A stretch of 64,000 bases of DNA from Candidatus Omnitrophota bacterium (GTDB taxonomy: Bacteria > Omnitrophota > Gorgyraeia > Zapsychrales > Fredricksoniimonadaceae). A program made the translations under genes and the position numbers. Shown here piece by piece: positions 35,145 to 45,287 of this stretch. The notes beneath the pieces are model-generated. The model was not told the DNA's origin. It saw only the letters and a program-made list of their open reading frames with translations, and did not search any database. Location of the stretch: contig JADFZK010000007.1 in NCBI GenBank assembly GCA_015232565.1, positions 664 to 64,663 of the forward strand, written 5' to 3'. Each line of letters begins with the position of its first letter. Position 1 is the stretch's first letter.

Positions 35145-36896
35145 TCAACCGTTACTCTGGATCACCCTTAACAGTTCCCGGGCGGCTTCCTGCGGGCCTT
35201 TTTGTTCCCAGCCGGCCAGCCCTAAACGACTGCGCATCTGCCCCACAAAAACATTCCGGCTAAAGAAAGCCTCGAAATATCTCCGGGCCAACGGCTCATG
35301 CAGTTCCCGGAACTGCGCCGGGCCAAAAACATTGGCGTAATAAGAATGCACCAGACCGGTGGTCGTGGTAGTACCCTTGCTCATTGCGGTACCCTCGCGG
35401 AAGACCGACATGGCCTGATCGGCCGATTTGAACCGTTCAATGATCGGATGGTCATCGTCGATGCCGTCGTAATTATTGGCGTATAACACAAAATCGACCT
35501 TATGCCCTTTAACAACATTATCAAAAGTGGTCACCGGGATTATGATCCGGGCATTAACCTGGTTGGCGCTCATGATAATGGCCCGGTCGATCTGCCCCAG
35601 GGCATAACCCGGCTGAAGGTCGTCCAGGCGCAGAAAAGCGCCGATCTCGGTACCATAACCCAGAATATCGCCATTGAACCCTAAATTGATCGAACCCATG
35701 TCGTCGGCAATAATGATCAGGTCCTGGATAACATCTTCGCCCAGGCCGCGCAAAGCTTCCAGCGTTTCCGATTTGCCCGCGCCGGTATCGCCGATAAAAA
35801 GGATATTGCGGTCAATATCGCCCTTAAGGATTATGCGTACCATCGCGCCGTGGAACGGCAGGCGCCCGCGCTTCATCATGATCACATTATGCAGGGTCAG
35901 GATCATCTTTTTCACATAACCGAAATAGCCATATTCCGGCTTGAGCGGAATTGCCGCGGCCAGAAGATCATTCTTGCGGTCATCAAAGAAAACCTGCCCC
36001 TGATTAAACCGGGCCAAAGCCTCTTCCGCAACGCCATACGCATATACCGCGTCGGGCTTGCGCTTCAGGTCCTCATCGCTGGCCATCTCGAACAAATTGG
36101 CCAAAGAATGGCCGAGCTCGGTAAAAGCATTGTGAAAATATACCAAAATGACCAGCTCCCCGACCTTGGCCGGATAGCACAACCACTCCTGGGGATTAAA
36201 AGTCAGCCCCTTCAGCGGGCTTTCCAAAACCGGCTCAATACGTCCGGTGCGCTTGTTCATGGGCGGCTGAAGGATAAGCGGCGGATACAAAAGTATCTGC
36301 CGGATCATGGGGACTTTGTTCAGCTCGGCGTATTCGGCCGGCAAAGGCACCCCGTATTTGACCGCAATGGTCGAGACCTCGCCACCCGCCGCCACCTGAC
36401 GATAAATACGCGGATGCTGGCCGGTAACGTTCTCCTGGATATCACGGTACATCCCGCGCACCAGATTGGTTAAATGCCCGATAGTCAAATTAAACGTGCG
36501 ATACGGCTTGGTATCCTGGTCCTGGGACAGCTTCTGGTCGGTGATTATAAAGCGGTCAAAACTGCGCCAGAAATTATACAAATACTCAATAAGGTCATTC
36601 AACAATAAAGGATTCCTCAGCAGGACTTCGGCTCCGTCGGAAGAACAACGGGCCTGGGCCGCCGGCATTTTAACCAGGGCTTTCAACGTTTCAATGAACA
36701 CCTTGATCTCGTCGGCACCGACCGTCCGTTTACCGAACACATCCAGCAATATGGAGTTGCGTTTCACCAGCTTGTGAAAAGCCGCCGTCACCACGCCCTT
36801 GAACAGGTCGCTGTCAAGAACCTCGGCTTCAGTGGCGCAAACATTCTCGCGCAACTGCAGGATGATTTTATTGTCGATCATTTGATACGATGCCAT
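35145..36896 (-). CDS. Hypothetical 583-aa protein containing an HPr-kinase-like P-loop segment
   Basis: FHGAMVRIILKGDIDRNILFIGDTGAGKSETLEALRG resembles the HprK/P C-terminal kinase core (hGxxVxxxGxGVLIxGxSGxGKSE). The rest of the protein is unrecognised. Confidence 0.45.
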   Translation of the reverse strand: MASYQMIDNKIILQLRENVCATEAEVLDSDLFKGVVTAAFHKLVKRNSILLDVFGKRTVGADEIKVFIETLKALVKMPAAQARCSSDGAEVLLRNPLLLNDLIEYLYNFWRSFDRFIITDQKLSQDQDTKPYRTFNLTIGHLTNLVRGMYRDIQENVTGQHPRIYRQVAAGGEVSTIAVKYGVPLPAEYAELNKVPMIRQILLYPPLILQPPMNKRTGRIEPVLESPLKGLTFNPQEWLCYPAKVGELVILVYFHNAFTELGHSLANLFEMASDEDLKRKPDAVYAYGVAEEALARFNQGQVFFDDRKNDLLAAAIPLKPEYGYFGYVKKMILTLHNVIMMKRGRLPFHGAMVRIILKGDIDRNILFIGDTGAGKSETLEALRGLGEDVIQDLIIIADDMGSINLGFNGDILGYGTEIGAFLRLDDLQPGYALGQIDRAIIMSANQVNARIIIPVTTFDNVVKGHKVDFVLYANNYDGIDDDHPIIERFKSADQAMSVFREGTAMSKGTTTTTGLVHSYYANVFGPAQFRELHEPLARRYFEAFFSRNVFVGQMRSRLGLAGWEQKGPQEAARELLRVIQSNG

Positions 36897-36903
36897 AAAA
36901 ACC

Positions 36904-37539
36904 TCATGTCTTTCTATTGAATCGTTGATTTATGCTCACCCGTTCAAGGGCTTTTTTTAAAGCCAGATTAACGGGGTAACTTTCGCGCGTCATGGCGGGA
37001 TCCACCATTGCCGCGCGCATGACGAAGTCGCTCATCATCGGCGGCACGATCGTGCCTTTTCCTACTTTCTCCAACACCAGCTCGGTTTGCACAGGACGAA
37101 TTTCCTTGAATACCCGGCACGTCACCAGGCGGGGCCGCTCGTGTTTGTCCTTGTTCCCGGCATAACCGAACAAACGGCAAACCAATGGCCGATATTCATA
37201 AAACAAACATTGCCCGCCGCTTTGCTCCTTGGAAAAGAACACACACAGCCCGGTAAAACCGCCAGCTTTGGCCCGATCGTACCACTCATCCACTTTACCG
37301 ACCCGGGCCAGCGCAAAAGCCGCCGGCAACATTTCCAGCTCACTGGCTTCGACAGTGGAATGCAAACAACATAAACCGCAGGGACTTGGGCAATTAAGTC
37401 CGGAAGCAGACTTAAAGCGGGCGGTAGCCTGGTCCAAAGAACGATAAACCGCTTTCATCCGTTGGGACTTTTCCCATAAAGCCCCGCCGAACGATAAATG
37501 CAACCGGCTCTGGCACCAGCCCCAAAAAGAAACTGGCAT
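36904..37539 (-). CDS. YkgJ/UPF0153-family putative Fe-S or Zn Cys-cluster protein
   Basis: CPSPCGLCCLHSTVEA is a CxxxCxxCC motif, with additional downstream Cys residues. The likely start is at MKAVYRSL. Confidence 0.5.
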   Translation of the reverse strand: MPVSFWGWCQSRLHLSFGGALWEKSQRMKAVYRSLDQATARFKSASGLNCPSPCGLCCLHSTVEASELEMLPAAFALARVGKVDEWYDRAKAGGFTGLCVFFSKEQSGGQCLFYEYRPLVCRLFGYAGNKDKHERPRLVTCRVFKEIRPVQTELVLEKVGKGTIVPPMMSDFVMRAAMVDPAMTRESYPVNLALKKALERVSINQRFNRKT

Positions 37540-39176
37540 TACGCCCCGTTCAACTGGGGACCGGCATCAACCAGCGCCCGGCCTTTCTCCGTATCAGTAA
37601 AATTCAGGAAATGCGCCACGAACATTTCCGCCAGCTTGCGATAAGTCTTGTCGTAATCCGCTTTATCTACCCACCCGTTACGCGGATTCAGAATAGCCGA
37701 ATCCACTCCCGCCAAAGCGGTCGGGATCTGGAAATTAAAGATCGGCATGGTCTCAAACTGTGCCTTCTCCAGCGAACCATCCAGGATCGCATCAATGATC
37801 TTGCGCGTACTGGGCAAATCCATCCGCTGGCCAACCCCGCATTTCCCGCGGACCCAGCCGGTATTCACCAGGTAAGCGTGCGCACCATGCTTGTCCATCT
37901 GATCACCCAGGATCTTGGCATAACGCGTGGGATGCAATAACAGGAACGCCTGTCCGAAACACGCGGAGAAGGTAGCCTTCGGCTCGGTGACCCCCAGCTC
38001 GGTACCCGCCACCCGGGCGGTATAGCCGCTCAGGAAATGATACATCGCCTGGTCGCGGCTCAAGCGAGCCACCGGAGGCAGAACACCATAAGCATCGCAA
38101 GTCAGAAAAATGATCTTGGAAGGATGACCGCCGCGCGAGGTCGGCCGCACTATGTTATCAATATGATGGATCGGATAAGAAGCGCGGGTATTCTCGGTTT
38201 TCTTGTCAGAATTATAATCCGGTTCACCTTTTTCATTAAGGACCACGTTTTCCAACAGGGCGTCCTTGCGGATCGCGCGGAAAATATCCGGTTCATTCTT
38301 CGGCGAGAGGTTGATACATTTGGCGTAACAACCGCCTTCAAAGTTAAAGATACCGTCATGATCCCACCCGTGTTCATCATCCCCTATCAATAAACGCTTC
38401 GGATCGGCAGAAAGAGTGGTTTTTCCGGTACCGCTGAGCCCGAAGAAAAGCGCGGTATCGCCTTCCTTGCCCATATTGGCCGAACAATGGAAAGACCCTA
38501 TGCCTTTAAGCGGCAGGAAATAATTCATGACCGAGAAAACACCCTTCTTGATCTCACCGCCGTACCAGGTGCCGCCGATAAGGGTCATACGCTCCATCAT
38601 ATTAAAAGCGATGAAAACTTCGGTACGCAGATTGTGGCGGTGCGGCTGGGGGCAAGAGATCTTGCAAGCGTCCATGATGGTCCAGTCGGGCACAAAATCC
38701 AGCAACTCTTCCTCGGTCGGACGGATGAACATGTTCTTGAAGAAATGCGCTTTCCAGGCGATCTCGGTAATAAGGCGGACCCTCAGGCGGGAATCAGGAT
38801 TGGCGCCGCAGAAAGCGTCCATCACATAAAGTTTCCGGCCGTTAAGGCGCTTGAGGGCCAGGTCCTTAAGATAGAACCAGGTTTCCTCGGATATCTGCTG
38901 ATTATCAGAATTATTGGTGGTAGGCGCTACCGGGCCGATGCCCCACCAGATCTTATCGTGCGAGGTCTCTTCATTAACCACGTACTTATCTTTGGGCGAA
39001 CGGCCGGTGAATTTTCCCGTATCAATGGCCACCGCTCCGGTAGCCGTTACAACCCCGCGTTCATTAGCGGGCGTCTCCTGGGAGGTTTCATGTTTAATGA
39101 GCTCGTCGAGAGACAGATTATAAAAGATCTCGTCATACATCGTGATGCCATGGCGCTCCAGACGTAATTTGCTCAT
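37539..39176 (-). CDS. pckA: Phosphoenolpyruvate carboxykinase (ATP)
   Basis: [13 protein letters not shown] is the kinase-1a motif. CYAKCINLS and DDEHGW match the ATP-PEPCK family. The protein is 545 aa. Confidence 0.9.
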   Translation of the reverse strand: MSKLRLERHGITMYDEIFYNLSLDELIKHETSQETPANERGVVTATGAVAIDTGKFTGRSPKDKYVVNEETSHDKIWWGIGPVAPTTNNSDNQQISEETWFYLKDLALKRLNGRKLYVMDAFCGANPDSRLRVRLITEIAWKAHFFKNMFIRPTEEELLDFVPDWTIMDACKISCPQPHRHNLRTEVFIAFNMMERMTLIGGTWYGGEIKKGVFSVMNYFLPLKGIGSFHCSANMGKEGDTALFFGLSGTGKTTLSADPKRLLIGDDEHGWDHDGIFNFEGGCYAKCINLSPKNEPDIFRAIRKDALLENVVLNEKGEPDYNSDKKTENTRASYPIHHIDNIVRPTSRGGHPSKIIFLTCDAYGVLPPVARLSRDQAMYHFLSGYTARVAGTELGVTEPKATFSACFGQAFLLLHPTRYAKILGDQMDKHGAHAYLVNTGWVRGKCGVGQRMDLPSTRKIIDAILDGSLEKAQFETMPIFNFQIPTALAGVDSAILNPRNGWVDKADYDKTYRKLAEMFVAHFLNFTDTEKGRALVDAGPQLNGA

Positions 39177-39262
39177 TTTTTCATGGTCCTTTCCGGAAAC
39201 AGGTCAATAAATAGAAAGTCACGCCCACTATTATCTAAATAATGATGTTTAATGCAATTCTT

Positions 39263-39838
39263 TTAATTGTGTATCTTTTTTAGCAACCAGGCCATGTTTT
39301 CACCAAGGACTTTCATGGTTTGCAGGCCTTCTTCGTCCTTGAGCACATCGCCGACCTCGCGGCCCAGGGCAAAGTTCCAGTATGAAGAACTTACGATCAC
39401 CATCTCGCTGATGCTAAAGAAATGGTTCATGGTGTCGAAAGCATGCACCGCGCCGCCCCGGCGCACCGCCATTACCCCCGCGCCGACCTTGCGCCGCAAG
39501 AATGAACCATTGGCCCGGTTAACCAGGCAGGCCCGGTCAATCAGCGCTTTCATTTCCGAAGAAACATCCGCCACATAAACCGGCGAACCCAGAATTATGC
39601 CGTCGGCCTGCGCCATCTTGTCGATACACTCCTGGACCGGGTCATCCTTGATCACACAGCGGCGGTCTTTGTTGTTATAACACCCGTAACAGGCCTTGCA
39701 CCCGCGCACCGTTTTTCCCGCCAGCTGTAACATTTCACATTCAATGCCTTCTTTCTTAAGCTCGTCAAAAACCTTCCCGATAAGCAATGCGGTATTGCCA
39801 TCCTTACGGGCACTGCCATTTATGCCGATCACTTTCAT
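39263..39838 (-). CDS. Iron-sulfur flavoprotein / NADPH-dependent FMN reductase family
   Basis: MKVIGINGSARKDGNTALLI is the flavodoxin-like FMN site. The compact Cys cluster CKACYGCYNNKDRRC is typical of Isf. Confidence 0.7.
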   Translation of the reverse strand: MKVIGINGSARKDGNTALLIGKVFDELKKEGIECEMLQLAGKTVRGCKACYGCYNNKDRRCVIKDDPVQECIDKMAQADGIILGSPVYVADVSSEMKALIDRACLVNRANGSFLRRKVGAGVMAVRRGGAVHAFDTMNHFFSISEMVIVSSSYWNFALGREVGDVLKDEEGLQTMKVLGENMAWLLKKIHN

Positions 39839-39859
39839 GCGATCCTCCAATAGAAGCAG

Positions 39860-41617
39860 TTACTTGGCGGGAGTTTGCGCGGCGCGCGTCATACGCGCCA
39901 CATCCCGGTTATACTCAAAAGGCGACAGCCGAATAGCTTCCCGGGCGTAAGACAATGCCTTCTCACTCTCACCGGTAACCAGGTACACCCGGCTGAGCAT
40001 AAGATGCCCGTTGTATAAAGACGGTTCGCGCCGCACCGCTTCCAAATAATTGGTCTCGGCCAGGCGCAAAAAATATTCCTTGCGGGTGGTGGAAAATACC
40101 CCGGCCGCCACATCACCGGCCGCCAAAGGATAACAGGCCGACCAGCGGTCAAAAAGAGACCCGGTCACAAAAGCCTTCCCGGCTTCATCCGATTTACCGG
40201 CATCCATAGCGCTGGATCCAGCCTGAAAGAAGAACAACCCCACACAGATCAAGGCCGCCACGATCCCCGCCCCGGCACAAGCCAGCAATCCCAAAACCGG
40301 GACCAGCCGGCTTTCCGGAGCCTGGCGCGCACCCGCGAATGTTTGCCGGTATAAAGCGGCAAAGACTCCCAGTATCGCCCAGCCATGGACCGCGATATTG
40401 GGCTTGGTAAAAGTAAAACTGCAACAGTTGTCTATAAAAAAGGCGGTCAATCCCCAAACTACGGCCAGGGCAATAAAGCCAGCCTCGCCATCGTTGAAAT
40501 ACCACAACACCCGGCGGGCACATTTGATGAACACCCCCACCAAAGCCAGAATACCGGCCAGCCCAAGAACCCCGCATTCTACCCACCATTGCAGGTAAAC
40601 ATTATGGACGTAATTAGTAAAAGAATTCACCGAATCCACCATGAACCGGGAGGCCAATCCGAAAGAACCAAACCCGAACCCCTCCCACGGGCGCTCTTGT
40701 ATTAAACGCCAGGCCTGGCTGTAATATTCCAGCCGCGGCAGGATCGACCCGGCGAAATTCTTACGCATAATGACAATAATAAAAAGCCCGATGAAAACCG
40801 CACCCAGCACTATTAAAGAGCACTTGAGCCATACATTCATACGCGGGACATACCGCCGGATCATAAACGGCAACAAAATAGCTGTTGCCAGCAGAAAGTT
40901 AAACCAGCCCAGGAACGAGAAAGTAACCAACAGACACCCCACCAGGACCGCGAACACTACGCCCAAAGTCAACCGCCGCCAAAGTGAACGGGCAGTAACA
41001 ATAGACAACCCGGCAAAGGGCAGGATCAAAAGCAGATAACCCGCCAAAGAATTCGGCCAACCCAGAAATGAAGTAGCCCGGCGGTTTTGTAAAATATAAT
41101 ATAAGCTGTGATTATACTCGGCGGTAACCAGATCCGCCGCCTGCGGCTGACGGGCCGAAAGCAGAAAGAACTCCTGGATCCCATAGAAAGAAGATACAAA
41201 AGCACAAGCCAGAATAAAATATAAAAACAGTTTTATACGAGGAATATCGTCAAGCGTATTGGCCAGGATGTAGAACATCGCCATACTCCCCGCCAAAGGC
41301 AACCACACTCTGATACTGACCGAAAGGTCCAGGGTATAGCACAAGGAAACCAGGGATATCACCAGCAACACCCCCAGCGGCCATTCAAAGCCGGTGGCCA
41401 ACAATTTGATCCGTTTGTCTACCGCCAGGGCGGCAAAGGCCGCGCCCAGGGCCAGCTGGACGGACGCCACCAGTAAATTGCTCAGATCTTCTTTCACCAT
41501 GGTACCGGCGCCCAGAAAGAATTTCCAGACCACCAGGCGGAATAACACTACCACCGCCACGGAAACCAGAAAAACCAGGTTCCAGTTAATGCTGATGACC
41601 GGGAATTTATTACGCAT
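39860..41617 (-). CDS. O-antigen ligase/polymerase-like polytopic membrane protein (Wzy_C) with a C-terminal TPR region
   Basis: There are about 12 TM helices with a large periplasmic loop. The C-terminal AVRREPSLYNGHLMLSRVYLVTGESEKALSYAREAIRLSP is TPR-like. The start was chosen at MRNKFPV. Confidence 0.6.
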   Translation of the reverse strand: MRNKFPVISINWNLVFLVSVAVVVLFRLVVWKFFLGAGTMVKEDLSNLLVASVQLALGAAFAALAVDKRIKLLATGFEWPLGVLLVISLVSLCYTLDLSVSIRVWLPLAGSMAMFYILANTLDDIPRIKLFLYFILACAFVSSFYGIQEFFLLSARQPQAADLVTAEYNHSLYYILQNRRATSFLGWPNSLAGYLLLILPFAGLSIVTARSLWRRLTLGVVFAVLVGCLLVTFSFLGWFNFLLATAILLPFMIRRYVPRMNVWLKCSLIVLGAVFIGLFIIVIMRKNFAGSILPRLEYYSQAWRLIQERPWEGFGFGSFGLASRFMVDSVNSFTNYVHNVYLQWWVECGVLGLAGILALVGVFIKCARRVLWYFNDGEAGFIALAVVWGLTAFFIDNCCSFTFTKPNIAVHGWAILGVFAALYRQTFAGARQAPESRLVPVLGLLACAGAGIVAALICVGLFFFQAGSSAMDAGKSDEAGKAFVTGSLFDRWSACYPLAAGDVAAGVFSTTRKEYFLRLAETNYLEAVRREPSLYNGHLMLSRVYLVTGESEKALSYAREAIRLSPFEYNRDVARMTRAAQTPAK

Positions 41618-41642
41618 AAAAAAATTACTCCCCAAATCGTTT

Positions 41643-42473
41643 TTATTCGCCCGAGGCTGTCCGGAAACAACCGGTAAGGACATTCTTCTTTTTACCATGG
41701 CCAAGTATCCTTTGCACCGTAAACCCACGGGCGGTAAGCCCCCGGCGCACAAAGCCCGCCACCGTAAAAGTGGCCAGGGTGGTGCCCGTGCGGCTTAACG
41801 CGGCCATGCCCGCAAAGACCGCATCCGACCACATCTCCGGATTGCGGGAAGGCGCAAAACCATCCAGTGACCAGGCATCGGCCCCCTGCGGAGCCAGATT
41901 CTTTTCCCTGATCGCGGCCAGGGCCGGGACCACCTGGTCGAAAACTATTGTAAGCCGGGTGCGGGTATCAGCAAACAAATAATTACCGATCCCGCCCGCC
42001 CCCTGACCCCGGGACACTGGCGGACGGTATTGCGCGGCCAACTCCCGGCTCTGCCTGGCCAGGACCGGCCACAAGCTCAGAGCGCGCACCAGCTCTTCAA
42101 CCGCAAGAGGATACAGCTCAACTGAAATAAAATGTAAAGCCCAGGAGGGCGGCGCACATTCTGCCCATAACTGCCAGACACAACAAAAATCCAGGCCGGT
42201 GCCAAAACCGGTCTCAATAAAAGTAAACTCACCTTTTACCGCCGGATCAAGCCGCGAAAAGCGGCCTCTCAGGTCATTTCCCTGACAAACAACATACAGG
42301 GCTTCTTCATAGCCCAGCTCTTTACAGAAATACTGGTCATCGAAAGCCGTTGAACGCGGCAGGCCATGTTCGTCCCAGATCATTGTGTTAAGAATCTCAT
42401 TGTTCATATTGAGCCATGAATTGCGCAATACAAAGCCCTCACCTTGGCCAACACCTTTACAGGCATTGGTCAA
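41643..42473 (-). CDS. mnmD: Stand-alone MnmC-N-terminal-type (MnmD-like) tRNA mnm5s2U34 methyltransferase domain protein
   Basis: It tracks the E. coli MnmC N-terminal domain closely: FDDQYF, ETGFGTGLDF, WSLDGFAPSRNPEMWS, LATFTVAGFVRRGL. Confidence 0.7.
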   Translation of the reverse strand: MTNACKGVGQGEGFVLRNSWLNMNNEILNTMIWDEHGLPRSTAFDDQYFCKELGYEEALYVVCQGNDLRGRFSRLDPAVKGEFTFIETGFGTGLDFCCVWQLWAECAPPSWALHFISVELYPLAVEELVRALSLWPVLARQSRELAAQYRPPVSRGQGAGGIGNYLFADTRTRLTIVFDQVVPALAAIREKNLAPQGADAWSLDGFAPSRNPEMWSDAVFAGMAALSRTGTTLATFTVAGFVRRGLTARGFTVQRILGHGKKKNVLTGCFRTASGE

Positions 42474-42533
42474 AGATGAGGGCTAAGCATAAAATTACCA
42501 GTCTTGATCAACACGAAAAAGTGTCTGTCACAC

Positions 42534-42635
42534 CTATTTTTCGTCTTTCTTTTTCTGTAATTCCATAACCTTAAAGATCAAAAAACCAATGATCAAAGAC
42601 TGTAGCAAAACCGCAGTTTCCAAGAATGCCACCAT
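42534..42635 (-). CDS. Candidate 33-aa single-TM small protein
   Basis: My own reading gives MVAFLETAVLLQSLIIGFLIFKVMELQKKKDEK. A perfect AAGGAG RBS lies 5 nt upstream of the ATG. The ORF sits between the SPFH gene and mnmD-like and is below the length cut-off of the ORF track. Confidence 0.3.
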   Translation of the reverse strand: MVAFLETAVLLQSLIIGFLIFKVMELQKKKDEK

Positions 42636-42669
42636 AACATCTCCTTATGTTAAACTCGTCCAGACCTGA

Positions 42670-43665
42670 TTATTCCTTACTGGCTCCGGAAAACATGCCC
42701 TTAAAAATCCCGTTAAGGTCCATCAAACTGGTAGAATTCTGCCCTATCGGAACCGCGAAGACCCGAAATTTATCCGGAATATTTTCCGCGAACTTGAGCG
42801 CCACCACATTCTGCCCGCCGCCCAATGCATCGGCCTGCAATTTCTTGCCTTCGGCATCGGCCTTGTAATTCGCCAGCTTACCCGCCGCTTCCTGCTCCAG
42901 CTTGTAACGCTCGGCATCCGCCTCGATCCTGGCCGACTGGGCACGCCCTTCGGCGTCCTGGATAGCTTTTAACTTACTGCCGCGAGCCTCGGCCTCCTGC
43001 CGCTTGGCTTCTTCTTCCTGGGCCAGCGCGCGGTTCTTGTTTATTTCCACCTGCTGGGCGGCCAGCTTCTTCTGCTCGATCGCACTCTCAAACTCGCGAC
43101 TGAAAGCAAAATGACGGATAAGCGCGTCCTGGATCTGGATAGCCGGGAACTTGGCTACCGCACTTTGCAAACGCTGGGCCATTTCTTTTTGAATATCATC
43201 GCGCACTTTACCGCTATATATCTCTTCGGCCGCATAACTACCGATAGTAATACGGGCCTCTGACCGAATCTGAGGCAGCAGGATCTGATCCTCATAATTC
43301 GATCCGATCGTCTGGTGCAAAGCCGGCACCTCATTGCCTTTAAGAGCGTAAAGGATGGTGAGATCCACCCGGATGTTCTGACCGTCATTGGTCTTTAGAT
43401 CCAGGCTGTAATTATCGGTATTCTCGCTTTTCATCACATCGCCGGGAAAAGCGCGCGCCGCAACATGATAAACCACAATGTCGGTCGAAACCTTGTTGTA
43501 AACATGATACCCGACTCCGCGCGGCATATCAAAGACCTTGCCTTGCACCTTATCCACTTCAACACCCACCTCGGTAGGCTTGATATCCACAATCCCCACG
43601 AACATCCAGAAGCCCATCAGCACCAGGATGATCGCTCCCATAAAAAACGAAGCGCCTTTGTTCAT
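42670..43665 (-). CDS. SPFH/band-7 (stomatin/prohibitin/HflC-like) membrane protein
   Basis: It has an N-terminal TM helix, an SPFH core, and a long C-terminal coiled coil rich in AQQ/EEAKRQEAE. A GGAGGAG RBS precedes the chosen start MNKGASFF. Confidence 0.75.
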   Translation of the reverse strand: MNKGASFFMGAIILVLMGFWMFVGIVDIKPTEVGVEVDKVQGKVFDMPRGVGYHVYNKVSTDIVVYHVAARAFPGDVMKSENTDNYSLDLKTNDGQNIRVDLTILYALKGNEVPALHQTIGSNYEDQILLPQIRSEARITIGSYAAEEIYSGKVRDDIQKEMAQRLQSAVAKFPAIQIQDALIRHFAFSREFESAIEQKKLAAQQVEINKNRALAQEEEAKRQEAEARGSKLKAIQDAEGRAQSARIEADAERYKLEQEAAGKLANYKADAEGKKLQADALGGGQNVVALKFAENIPDKFRVFAVPIGQNSTSLMDLNGIFKGMFSGASKE

Positions 43666-43798
43666 ATTAAACTCCTCCCATCTGAAATTAAAAAAATTCG
43701 ATAAAGTTTCCCGCATCACTCTACCCTCCTGTTAACAAATTATTCTGTGCGTCAATATACCACATTTTCACGATCACGCGATAATTACCGAAGAAATA

Positions 43799-44170
43799 TC
43801 AACCCGATTTTCCGAAACGCCAAGACATGAAAAGCGCGATGAAGCCCCCTTCCACTACTAAAGAAGCTATCCCCAGCGGCTCAAGCCAGGCGCCCGGTTC
43901 AGCGGGGATCAAAGGCAAGCCCACTGTACGGCTGGCCACATATCCGGCAAACGAACCCGCCGCTACCAGCAGTCCCAAGTACCAGCCCCAGTTCTGCCGG
44001 CGCCAAAGCCCATAAGCCGCGGCCAGTGCTCCGGCCCCGTTAGCATAGAACAGCCAGCCCTTGTACTCCGCTTCCTGAAAACAATCCGGGGCATCGACCA
44101 CATGGATAACACCCACGATAACGATCAAAACCACCGCGCCCCAACGTACGATCTTTGGTTTGTCGATCAT
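43799..44170 (-). CDS. Small polytopic membrane protein, unknown function
   Basis: A 123-aa protein with 4 predicted helices. It lies upstream of the SPFH gene. Confidence 0.4.
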   Translation of the reverse strand: MIDKPKIVRWGAVVLIVIVGVIHVVDAPDCFQEAEYKGWLFYANGAGALAAAYGLWRRQNWGWYLGLLVAAGSFAGYVASRTVGLPLIPAEPGAWLEPLGIASLVVEGGFIALFMSWRFGKSG

Positions 44171-44203
44171 AAGAACGCTCCTTTGTTAATTAGTGTAAGA
44201 AGC

Positions 44204-45232
44204 TCAGCCCGGTAAAACTTTACGCACGGCTTCGACGACTTGTTCCACCGAGATTCGCTGAACAGACGGGAAGCGGAGGTCGTTAGTGGGCCGGTCAGAA
44301 GCCGGAAAAACCGCTAGATCATCACGAACAACCTGCACATTATCTCCCTGGGGAGTCCAAATCCCCAATGATGGCCCGGCTAAAACCACCATAGGCTTAT
44401 GAAAAGCTCCGGCCACATGAACTGCCGCGGTATTCACACTGATCAACAGATCGACATCCCGAATACAGGCAACAAACTCGGGAACATTGCCACAGACAAT
44501 AAACGAAATCTTATCTTTTAATGAAGACCCCCTCGAGCTAACCTTCTCGGCAAAACTGTTAAAATCCGGATGTTGTCCGAATATAACCAGCTCAAGGCCA
44601 TTACGAGCGCCAAGCACATCCAACAGATCGATCCATTTCTCCCATGGCCAAACGAATTCCAGTGAATTACCTCTACGGCTCCAGGGATGAATACCCACAC
44701 GAATTCTGCCATGATCGATAGCTGAAGGTTTTCTTAAATCTAACCAGGATAAATCAAGCACAAAGGAATCTTTAGGGAAAGTAACACGAAAGATATCTTC
44801 CAACTGATACAAATGCCGATACAGAATATACCCACCCCTGGAAGGCGTGATAATATCAGCATTGATCAAATTAAAATCCACAATATAATCCAGCGCGCCC
44901 GTTCGCTTAAGTCCGGAATAATAAGCCCAGCCTTGCAAAGAGCCAGGTGCCATCTGTATCCCCAGAACCACTGCCCCCCGCTTGCGCTCATGTCTCAGGA
45001 CATTTATCAACCGCGCCTGATCCAGCAAAGAATAAACATTAAAGAATCGTTCCGACGGATCAGCGAACTTGCGCAAAAGAACATGCGGATTAGCTCTATG
45101 CACACCCAAACAACGCACCCCGGGCAAAGCCCGTTCCGCTTTGGCCATAACATCGCTCATGATAAAATAATCACCCAGCGCATTGGTCATGGTGAAAAGC
45201 ACTATATCTGCAGGAAACAACTTTTTGGTCAT
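44204..45232 (-). CDS. Glycosyltransferase family 9 (heptosyltransferase-like)
   Basis: The N-terminal LGDYFIMSDVM and C-terminal CGNVPEFVACIRDVDLLISVNTAAVHVAGAFHKPMVVLAGPS are GT9 hallmarks. Confidence 0.7.
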   Translation of the reverse strand: MTKKLFPADIVLFTMTNALGDYFIMSDVMAKAERALPGVRCLGVHRANPHVLLRKFADPSERFFNVYSLLDQARLINVLRHERKRGAVVLGIQMAPGSLQGWAYYSGLKRTGALDYIVDFNLINADIITPSRGGYILYRHLYQLEDIFRVTFPKDSFVLDLSWLDLRKPSAIDHGRIRVGIHPWSRRGNSLEFVWPWEKWIDLLDVLGARNGLELVIFGQHPDFNSFAEKVSSRGSSLKDKISFIVCGNVPEFVACIRDVDLLISVNTAAVHVAGAFHKPMVVLAGPSLGIWTPQGDNVQVVRDDLAVFPASDRPTNDLRFPSVQRISVEQVVEAVRKVLPG

Positions 45233-45287
45233 AAGATTAACTCTGATAGCAACCAAACAATAAATCCACGACGAGCAAACACACAAA

